A stretch of DNA of 64,000 nucleotides from Negaprion brevirostris (Eukaryota). The position numbers and the translations under genes were made by a program. Shown here piece by piece: positions 24,400-34,255 of the stretch. Location of the stretch: assembly GCA_030324005.1 (NCBI GenBank), contig JARDVH010000031.1:8393786-8457785 (forward strand), in the 5' to 3' direction. The notes under the pieces were generated by a model. It searched no databases. It had not been told where the DNA came from and was given only the letters and a program-made list of their open reading frames with translations. Every line of letters begins with the position of its first letter. The first letter of the stretch is position 1.

Positions 24400-24615
24400 T
24401 GCCCTGATCCTGGACAAGACTCCCTGTTATTTTCGATGTAGTGCTCTGGGGCCAACACGTTAAAAAGCAGATGGGGCAAGAGTTCAACCCACATCCAAAA
24501 GATGGCACTTCCAGCAATGCAGCTCTCTCTCGATATTGCACTGAAGCATTAACCTAACTTTTGCATTCAATTTTTTATAGTAGGATGTTGACCCCCAACT
24601 TTCTGACGTAGATAT
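24400..24615 (-). mobile_element. Old Deu-domain-like SINE
   Basis: + strand CATCCAAAAGATGGCACTTCCAGCAATGCAGC…ATTGCACTGAAG is the antisense of the core TGCTGCATTG.TGGAGGTGCC.TCTTT.GGATG. Confidence 0.55.
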
Positions 24616-24635
24616 GTGAGCATGAGTATGGCCAT

Positions 24636-26552
24636 GATTGAGATTTTGTGTCCCTGTTTGCAATAAATGGGTCGGGGGGGGGGGGAGAGAAATATCATCG
24701 GAGCCAAAAAAGAAGGGAACTTACAACAGCGACATTTCCTGCAGAGTATGTCCCTGTCCCCACCAAGAATGGTTGGGATCGGGGGGGGGGGGGGGGAACT
24801 CGTTTGAATTCATTATTATATCATTAACAGGTAGTTCCGCTGTAACCTCTCCGATGCTGGATAATCTGTCCCCAGTGTTGCAACGTAAAGCCAGCAAGTT
24901 TTAAAACAGGTTTTACCAAACGGGGACCTGGTGACCTCCCTTCCGATGGGAAATTCAGAGATAAGTGCACTTCTCAGCACAGGATTCCAAAAGGAGAGAA
25001 GGTGCCAGCAGTGTGGGAGAGAGGGGGGTGAGCCAGCCACGGAGCTCCTTTTGCTGGGGTGAGTGTCGTGGCTCTAGGGAAAAGGGGAATGTGAACCTCA
25101 GATGGCCATTGAGCTAGGTAGTGGGTCCATGGAGAGATCTAACGAGCGCAGGCAAATACAAATAGGTTACAAAAAGTTAGGTTTAATGCATTAACAATGG
25201 TGGTTTAACATTACATAAGTTTTCACTCTCTAAATTGTCAAACAACACTAGTGCAACTGAACTTTCTTCACCTTTCTACACCTACCTCTACATCTGGTGA
25301 TTGCCCAGGGTTCACAACAGAAATGGAAGCAGCCTTCTCATTCACGTCCTGTTCTCAGTGATGACTTTAGTGGTGGGCTTGTGGCTAAAACCTGTGATGT
25401 CTTTTTCAGGGCATGTTCGAGAAATCCTCGGAGCTGCCATCTGGACTGATCATTTCCACCCTGCTTAAAGGGGTCTGCTGCTCCCTTGCTGTGCCTGCAA
25501 GGAAATGGAGATGTCATTAGCATTATGAAAGTGGCATAAGGATATACAAGATAGAACTCATATTAATTTGGTGAAATGGATGATGATGTCATGGGTCCTC
25601 AATTTTCTTTTTCGCACCCATCTCCACCTCAGCATAGGAGTTGTTACCAATGTAAGCAATGTAGAATGTAACTAATAATAACATTGGATGTGTCATAGTG
25701 TGGCCAATGGTAACATGCTGCAAAGGTCACCTGACCACCAAATCATTTTGTCATTGGTTACATAGTTTACTGGGTCAGCTGAGCCTTACAGCATGTTACC
25801 ATTGGTCACACTACATCAATTCCAATGTTATCATTGGTTACATTCTACATTGGTAACATTCTAACAGGAGTGATCCTATCCTTCCCCGACTGGCAGGATG
25901 GCTCTCTCTTCATCCTCCAAGTTTTATCTTGGCTGTTTGTCTGCCCAACTATGCTCTCTTCCAGCAGTTGAGACACAGTTTTTCCTGTAAGGGAACAGAT
26001 GAGGGAAGTGTAAGTAGGCCATGTACCAGGTGTAGGTGGGTGAGTCACGAATGATGAGTATAGTGAATTAACCTGGCTGAAAGGAAGAGGTTATTCATTC
26101 TCTTTCTCCTGCGCTGCACTCCCGACTTCCTGTGTAGGGTGTCAGCACTTACCAGCCCTACCATCACCACCCATGCTGAGTTGGTTATCTTGCTGGAGGG
26201 TCTTCTCTCCATTTGAGGGTAAAAGACTACCTTCACTGCATCCAGCATTCTGCTCAAGTCCCAGTCTGAAAACTTTGGCGTGGCCTTCCCAGCTGCCATC
26301 CTCTGCTTTGGATTTGGAACAGGTACTGGTGAGGCATTTAAATGGAGCCTCCAGTAATTGAAACATGCCAACTTGGTGGCAGGCTGGACACATCAGTTTC
26401 TGCCCACTACAGAGGCAGTGTGGAACCTGAGAAAAAAAATCCTCTCTAAATGTAAAGATACGACAGTAAAAACCATTGCTGCTGCCAGTCGTCAACACAC
26501 CAGTTTTCCCACCAAACTTGACACCTTGCCAAAGTATCAGAAAATTCTGCCC
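24636..26552 (-). mobile_element. Deleted PIF/Harbinger element retaining a Myb/SANT-like exon (26070-26300)
   Basis: MAAGKATPKFSDWDLSRMLDAV…FYPQMERRPSSKITNSAWVVMVGLVSA…RKSGVQRRRKRMNNL is a Myb_DNA-bind_5-type domain; right terminus AAAATTCTGCCC. Confidence 0.75.
25642..25858. repeat. Long imperfect inverted repeat (fold-back/MITE-like), arms ~90 bp
   Basis: Left TGTTACCAATGTA…AATGTAGAATGTAACTAATAATAACATTGGA…TAGTGTGGCCAATGGTAACATGCTGCAAAGGTCACCTGACC; reverse complement of right arm TGTTACCAATGTAGAATGTAACCAATGATAACATTGGA…TAGTGTGACCAATGGTAACATGCTGTAAGGCTCAGCTGACC. Confidence 0.9.
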
Positions 26553-26797
26553 ATATCTTCACCTCAACAACAATTGAGGTGTTAAAATTATTGTTAGCAC
26601 CCCAGGTCTTTGAGGGAGGGAAAATAATCCAAAATGTACGGTCATGAATGTTGTCTTATTGCTGAAAAATGCAAATTCAAATGAGAACACAATGGTTGTG
26701 ATAGACTGTAGGGTTTAGTACTGTACTGCTATTTACTGCCTGGGTATGACATTAAAATTGATCCCTTGGATGAGACATCGGAATGGCTATCAAACGT

Positions 26798-27112
26798 AGA
26801 ATCATCAATCAGAGAATTTTTCCACCACTGGAATTAGTTGTCCCTATTTACTCTCCGAACTATTCACTATTTTGAACGCCTCTATTCAACATCCCTTTGA
26901 CTGTCTCTGCTCTCAAGCAAACAACTTATCAAGTCTTTCCACAGTGCCAAAATTCTACATCCCTGGTATCTACACAGCGACTCCCTGCACTATCTCTAAA
27001 GCCTTGATATCCTTCCTAAAGCACGGTAGCTAGAAGTGAGAACAACTCGCTAGATGTAACCTAACTGGTGTTTTATAATGGTTTAACATAACTTCCTTGG
27101 TTTCGTACTCTG
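26798..27112 (-). mobile_element. Decayed CR1 3' fragment
   Basis: AAAGCCTTGATATCCTTCCTAAAG…AACATAACTTCCTTGGTTTCGTACTCT is the antisense of 'EYxxKEVML…FRKDIKALE'. Confidence 0.65.
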
Positions 27113-27410
27113 TGGGGAGCAACCTGGTCTCCACCTGCTACAATTACATGACTGAAATTGAGAATTCAGCACAGGGAGGAAAGCCTGCATGAACCTGCAG
27201 CTTATGATGGAATCAAGTGCATTCAAGGACCAACCTAGTGTCCCATTTATTTGTCCGCATCACAATTCTTAGCTGCAGGGAACTTTCCATTCTGCAGCAA
27301 CTTTAAAATGCTGTATGCAAAAATCCTTGGTTTGGTTTGATAGGAAAATCTAGGATATAGCACTGTTATAAAAATTAATATAATTGCATTTCATTGGTTG
27401 CTTTGTACAG

Positions 27411-27498
27411 AAGGAGCGTGCAGCAAGGGAACTAAGCTGGCAGATAGATTATCATCTACCTGGTTACAAGAAGCTGTCAGCCTCCAGACAAAATGCAG
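27411..27498 (+). CDS. Coding exon D (KERAARELSWQIDYHLPGYKKLSASRQNA+1 nt in phase 0)
   Basis: Acceptor TTGGTTGCTTTGTACAG| and donor CAG|GTGGGC; the phase-0 start matches exon C. A second frame (GACSKGTKLADRLSSTWLQEAVSLQTKC) is also open. Confidence 0.7.
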
Positions 27499-27665
27499 GT
27501 GGGCTTTTTACTACCTACATATCACATGTCATCAGCCATTCAATGAATAGCCCATCTCCCAGTGGAAGCTTATATTCTTTTCACAAAAAAACTCCCTGAA
27601 ATTAATTAGACAATGTCACGCTTGATTTTATCTTATTTGGAAATAATTTATTACCCTTTCTGCAG

Positions 27666-27718
27666 GATCTATTAGTGCACAGATCAGTGTAATTATTCAT
27701 TTGCAAAGAAGCTCAAGG
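27666..27718 (+). CDS. Probable exon E (frame and end uncertain; may be the terminal exon)
   Basis: Strong acceptor TTATTACCCTTTCTGCAG| 167 nt after the exon D donor; possible donor AGG|GTAATT. Reads (G)SISAQISVIIHLQRSSR, or (R)IY* if exon D uses its other frame. Confidence 0.5.
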
Positions 27719-28041
27719 GTAATTAGATGGAGGAAGCTTTACCACCCAATTGTGTTACTGTCCGCAATCGGGAACACTTTTACATAAAGAAATAATTGGC
27801 CACTGATTTGGATACAAGGACCATATTATCAGCAGAGAAACAGATGATTTTTATGCAAAAAATATTGTTATATTTAATAATAGTTTAATTTTATACAAAT
27901 ATTTCAATTTGTGATCTGCTTAAATTTCCAGGCTTTAGTATTTATTTGTCAGAAGAACTTTCTTTCAAATGATAATGAATGCCCACTGGATTTTCACCCA
28001 GCTTTTATGTTTTACTTCTATTGCCATTTTATACTTTTCAT

Positions 28042-28585
28042 TAGAACATAAGAGACAGGAGCAGAAGTAGAACATATGCCTCTGTTGAGCCTGCTGTGCT
28101 ACTCAGTAAGATCATGACTGATCATCTGCCTCATCTCCACTTTCCTGCCTGCTCCCCATATTGCTTGATTTCCTGAGGGATCAAAAATCTGCCACTCACT
28201 GCCTTGGCTATGTTTAAAAATGGCACATCCGTAATCCTCAGATAGAAAGTTCCAAAAATTTACAACCCTTCAAGTGAAGAATTGTTTCCTCATCTCAGCC
28301 CTAAACAATTGACTCTTCATCAGTGTCTACCCTTCAGCCCCTTCAAAATCTCAGTGAGAATGCCTCACATTCCTTTAAACTGCAGATTTGCTCAGCCTTT
28401 CATCCTAGGACAACCCATAGGAAGAGATCTAGTGAACATTTGTAGTACCGCCACCAAGGCAAGTATATTCTTCCTCTGGTTTGGAGACCAGACCTGTACA
28501 TGGTTCAGATGTAGTCTCATCAAAGGCCAATACAATTGTAGCAAAGTTGTATTTGTACTCCTGTCTTACAATAAAGGCCAACAGT
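28042..28585 (-). mobile_element. CR1 3' fragment
   Basis: Tail TAGAACATAAGAGACAGGAGCAGAAGTAG…GAGCCTGCT…AAGATCATGACTGATC, same family as 63765-63880. Confidence 0.8.
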
Positions 28586-28594
28586 TTTTAAAAG

Positions 28595-29060
28595 TACTTT
28601 GTGAGGGTGTGAACATCATTGGCAAGGCCAGCACTTACTGCCCATCCCTATTGCCACTGGGAAGGTGGTGGTGAGCACTGACTGTGAGCTGTTAGGGACG
28701 GAGTTTCAGGTTTTTGACCCATGATAGTGAAGGAATGGCAGTTTAGTTCCAAATCAGGATGATGTGTGACTTGATAGGGAATCTACAGGTTGTGTGTTCC
28801 CATGTGACTGCTGCCCTAAGTAGTAGAGGTTGTAGATTTGAAAAGCGCAGACAAAGGAGGCTTCACATGTTGCTGCATCTTGTAAGCTGTGCACTGGTGA
28901 TACAGGGAGTTTATGGTCATGGATGGGATGCCAAACAAGCAGATTGTTTTTTCCTGGAATGTGTAAAACTTCTTGAATGTTGTTGGAGTTGCACTCATCC
29001 AAGCAAATGGAAAGCATTCTATCACATGCCTGACTTGTCAGTTGTAGATGGTGGATAGGT
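28595..29060 (-). mobile_element. LINE 3' fragment
   Basis: GGCAAGGCCAGCACTTACTGCCCATCCCTATTGCC…TTCTTGAATGTTGTTGGAGTTGCACTCATCCAAGC; antisense relative of 49600-49740. Confidence 0.7.
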
Positions 29061-29062
29061 TT

Positions 29063-29749
29063 TATTATGGTTCAGGTTAGAAACTCCAAAGTGTTTTATG
29101 AAGTCTACCTGAATCATAAGTTTTGCATCTTGAATTTGGCTATGATAATCATGTGATGTTTCACTTCAGGTATGATTCAAATGACCCAGTAGGGATCTTT
29201 TATCAAACAAAGTTTATTTAGGAATATAATTAACATGTATAGTAACAAAATTATCAAGCACTTTTATCAATTACAAACAAGAAACAAAACAATCACTATC
29301 ATTTATAACTCTAAATGAATATCTCTCATGTGTTCCAGTTGAAACCAAAATCCAATAAACAAAACCCTTTCAACAAATTTATCCCTGCAGAGGCTAAAGC
29401 TCACTTAATACTGGGTTAAATGCTGGTTTCAAATGATCTTGAAAACTCTAAGCAGTTTGTAGTCGTCAAAACACCAAAATATAGATTATTTACTGCAGGA
29501 TGGCAAACAAGATGTGCTTTCAGCTAACTGGTAAAACTTTCAAAACAAAAACAGAGAGAGAGAGTTCTTTCACCTATGTTTCTAACACTGCAGCCAAATG
29601 CAACAAAAAAAAACCCTAGTCACATGACCAGCGACTTGTTTCTCTATTTCTTCTCCCACCAATGACATTACCTAAGGCTGTGAGCTGGGAAGCACTGACT
29701 GTGAGCTGCAGAGATCATGATTTATTTTTTTAAATCTGTTAACATTACA
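29063..29749 (-). repeat. 3' LTR of the Gmr1-like element
   Basis: Starts TGTAATG directly after the polypurine tract, contains AATAAA (~29218 on -), ends …CCATAATA (decayed …AACA) next to an unrelated LINE fragment. Confidence 0.75.
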
Positions 29750-31957
29750 CCTCCCCCCTTAAGAAAAAAAAGAACCATCAACTTCAAAGATGGTTTCATT
29801 TTTCAAACCCTTTCGGTTTCACAGTATTAGTACTTTTCTATACATATACATTTTATAAAATCAAAACATGCAAACAAAATTGTCAATCATTGTCTTCCAC
29901 CATCGAACACTTTATTTTTAAATTACATTCGTGACAAAGCACCGACAATCATATTTTGTCTTCCTGCCATGTGTATAATTTTTAGATTAAATGGCTGCAA
30001 TAACAGACTCCATTAAAACAGTCTAGCATTTTTAATCTTAAGTTTTTTCAAAAATGTCAACGGATTATGATCAGTACACAGTATTGTCTCAGACAAATTA
30101 CTGGCAACATAAATGTTAAAATGTTGCAACACCAACGTCAAACTCAAAGTCTCTTTTTCAATCATTGAACATTTCTTCTCGTGATCATTCAATTTTTTTG
30201 GAAAAATATCCAATAGGCTGCTCCAATATCCAATTGGCACCTACACCCACATCACTACCACTGATAGCCACTTTGAATATTTCTGTGTAATTTGGTATGG
30301 GCAACACAGGAGCAGTGGTTAACAAAGCCTTTAGATTGTTAAATGCCTGCCGACACTGCCATCCTTGAAATTTACCTTGTTTCTTTAGCAAATCAGTCAT
30401 TGAAGCAACCACGCTGCTAAAATTCAGTACAAATTTACAGTAAAAACCATTCAGGCCCAGGAATCTAACTATTTCCTTTCTTGTCAATGGTATTGGGAAC
30501 TCCCCAATAACTTTAGTTTTTGCATCCCGTGGGGCCACCTGTCCATATCCAATTGTATGGCCAAGGACCATGACTCGGTCTTATCTAAACTCACTCTTAG
30601 CCAGGTTTACCACCAAACGCATTTCCTGAAGTCAATCGAATAATTCCGCCAAATGTTCTTTCCATGTCTGAATAAGAATCACTGGATGGTCTATGTACAC
30701 CGCACAATTGGGTAATCCTGAAATAACTCTATTGCTTAATCATTGAAATGTGGCTGGGGCATTTTTCATGCCAAATGGTATAACTTTAAACTGGTATAAA
30801 CCATTTGATGTCACAAAAGCTGAAATCTCCTTCGCCCTTTCAGGTAAAGGTACCTGCTAGCCACCTTTGATTAAATCCAGTTTGGAGATAAAAGTGGATT
30901 GTCCCACCTTCTCAATGCAGTCTTCCAGTTGTGGGGTAGGACAAGAGTCTGATTTTCTAATAGCATTAACCTTCCTATGATCCACACACAATCATTGGGT
31001 ACCATCTGGTTTCAGCACCATCACTTTGGGTGAGCTCCACCCATTGCAACTCACTTCAAATAAGTCATTTTTAAGCATACTTTCGATTTCCTTTTGAACC
31101 TTTGCCAATTTTTGAGGGTTGAGTCTATAAGGATGTTGTTTAATTGGAACAGCATTTCCCACATCTACATCATGTATAACCATTCTAGTACTCCCCAACT
31201 TATTCCCACATACTTGTCCATGTGATATTCGTAACTCTTTCAGGGCAGTTCTATTTTCCTCTGGAAGATAACTCAGTAATTTATCCCAATTTTTAATAAT
31301 GTCCTCATTATCCAATTTAATATGAGAAATTAAATTCAGAGTCATCTGGATTTGGTTCTTCCCTCTGAATTATAACCACTAAAACATCCTCATTTTGCTT
31401 TCCTTCCCGATCAAAATACCTTTTAAACATATTCACATGACACAATCTGTGAGTTTTCCATCTATCTGGTGTTCTTATCAAATAATTCACCTCGCTCAGT
31501 TTCTTTTCAATTTGATAAGGCCCACTAAACCTTTGCTTTTAAAGGTTCACCTACCACTGGTAGCCTATCCCCACAAGCAAAACTACAAAATTTTGATTTC
31601 TTAGCTGCTTCCTCTTTCATCATGTGCTGTGCTACTTTAAATATTGTCGAGCCAATTCATGTGCTCTATTCACCCTTTCTCTAAAATTTGACATATAGGC
31701 CAATAATGCAGTCTCAGAACGCTCATCACCAATTTCTCCTTCAACAATTTAAGTGGTCCCCTTACCTCATGACCAAAAACCAATTCAAATGGACTGAAGT
31801 TGGTTGACTGATTAGGTGCATCCCTAATTGCAAAGAGAACAAATGGAATTCCTTTATCCCAATCCCCTGGATAACCTTGACAATAAGCCCTCAACATTGT
31901 CTTTAAAGTTAAATGCCACTGCTGTAACGCTCCCTGCAATTCTAGATGGTACACAGT

Positions 31958-32132
31958 TAGAATCATAGAATCCTACAGTGCAGAAGGAGGCCATTCAGCC
32001 CATCGAGTCTGCATGGATTGTAATCTCACTCAGACCCTACCCCCATAGCATCATGCGTTTATCCTAGCTGGTCCCCCGATTCTAAGGGACAATTTAAGCA
32101 TGGCCGATCCACCTAATCTGCACATCTTTGGA
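31958..32132 (-). mobile_element. HE1-like SINE 3' half inserted in the integrase region
   Basis: TAGAATCATAGAATCCTACAGTGCAGAAGGAGGCCATTC…ACCTAATCTGCACATCTTTGGA; integrase codons continue on both sides. Confidence 0.85.
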
Positions 32133-34255
32133 TAAATTGATTTCAAGTTGATCTAAATTGTTTTATTCCGAAACTATTCATAACCACCTTGAATAATTTT
32201 GTTGTAGAATTTGACCCTTGATCTGATTGTATTTTGTGGGTGGTCTGTAACTAGAAAAAATAAATAAATAATTCCTCTACAATCCTTTAAGTTGTAATAT
32301 TACATAATGGAATGGCCTCTGGAAACCTAGTAGACACATCCATTATATTCAAAACATTTTGATTCCCACTTTTTGTTCTAGGGAGGGTTCCAATGCAATC
32401 AATTAAGACCCTTGTTAAAGGTGCCTCAAATGCTGGAATGGGTATTAAGGGTACTGGTTTTATCATTGCTTGATGTTTCCCTATGACTTAACATTAATGA
32501 CATGACCAACAAGATGTAACTATATCTTTATGCAGTCCAGGCCAATAAAAATGTTTTTGTGTTTTATCTTGAGCTTTTCTTACTCCCAAATGACCTTTTA
32601 CTGATACCTCATGTGCTACTCACAACACCTCCTTTCTATACCCTACTAGCAATACCACTTGATGAACTTCTGCCCACTTTTCATCCGCCTGAATATGTAA
32701 AGGTGTCTATTTTCTCATTAAGATATCATTTTTAAGGTAATAACATTCTGGTATACACTCAGATACTTTTTCCATGTATGCTTTCTGATATAACAGTTTT
32801 ATTTCTCTATATTTCTGTTGTAACTCTGCCAACTTTCCCAAGCTAAAATATCCACTTCATCCTCCACCTGTTCTTGTTCTTTTCCAATGGTCTGGTCAAA
32901 AATTATTTTTGATAATTGAACTTCAACTTTCTTATCTTCACTCTTTGATTACTCTACTTCTCTTAACTTGTGACTTTGTTACTACACATCAGGAAAAATC
33001 TCAGAATATGTGTCTTTTAACAATTCAGTTGGTTGATTCTCCACTGGCTTTTAAACCACAGTAGGCACCAACCATGATCCCATTATATTATTACTCAAGA
33101 TAAACTGTATTGCTGGACAAGATAATTTCTCTATTACTACTACTACTGCTTCACCACACTTCACTGGACTGTCCAACCACATCTTGTATAATGGAATACT
33201 ATTCTTCCCACCCTGGCTTCCACAAATTACCACCTTTCCTGGCGATACTCCGCCATAAATACGTAACTCCTTATCTCTTACTATCAAAGATTAACTTGCT
33301 TCCTTATCTCTTAAAATTTTAACTTCTTTACCTACCTCTCCTGGTACACATGAGTAAACTTTACCCAAAGAAGTACATTCTTTAAAGATACATGGCACCT
33401 TCTTTTCAATAAACTCCTGACCAGGCTCTACATTCGTTTGCACCTCTTTCACTTCAATTGGCCTTTCCTTTATCACTTTAACAAACCCCATTGGTTTATC
33501 CTGTTTTACATGGCTTAATTTATTACAGTGAAAACATCTGAGGCTTTTTAATTCTCTTNNNNNNNNNNCACCCCCTGTATTTCCTTTTTAACCTGAGGTA
33601 CACTGTCTTTATTATCTCCCACAAGATCTCTTTTAGCTTTATCACCTGAGTATTTCTCTTTTCCCAGTTTCTTTCCCTCACAGGCTGAAACTGATGTTGA
33701 AAACCAAACTTCGATTTATGATCTAATTCATAATCATCTGCTCTTTTTTCTGCTACTAACCTTGCAGTTTTACACATTTGCACTTCTAACATTTTAAGTT
33801 CAAATTGTCTTTCTAGTTCCTGAAGTTCTAATTCTCTTTTTCTTTTTGATCCACTAGGACTGGCTAACCTTTCCCTTTCCTTTTCCCTTGCCTGCAATTC
33901 AAGCAGTTTCTTTTTCTTGTTGTAATTCAAACTGTTTCAATTATTTTGCTTTTTGTTCCTCCCTTTCTTTTGCTTTCGCTGCTGCAGTTGCCTCCCTTTC
34001 ATTGTTTTTCTTTCTGCTACTCTCTCTCTTTTTTCTTTATTTGGAATTCAAACTGCTTTAATTCTTTTTCATGTTTAAGCTGTTTCATTTGTAATTGACA
34101 CCATTTCCAATGACTTAGACTATGTTTCTGGCAATTTTGAATGCTCAGCTATTGCCACAATTATTTCCCTTTTCCTTACACTGTCAGGCAATAGCAACTG
34201 CAATGTTTTTGCCAATTACAAAAGTTTTGTTTTAGTCACCTTTTGTGAGGTACCT

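Larger units (their letters stand above)
29063..34255 (-). mobile_element. Decayed Gmr1-like Ty3/Gypsy LTR retrotransposon (gag-PR-IN-RT-RH order), 3' LTR present, 5' end lost
   Basis: On -: coiled-coil gag and ADDYEL (34000-33700), CFHCNK knuckle (~33530), protease VKILRD (~33310), integrase HFYWPGLHKD / LIPIPAFE / QSDQGSN / LKTMLRAYC…FSPFELVFGHEVRGPL (32750-31670), RT PIKQHPYRL…WSSP…VYID (31345-30600), RNase H PIGYFSKK / IEKETL…TDHNPL (30300-29940); PPT AAGGGGGGAGG at 29760-29750. Confidence 0.92.
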
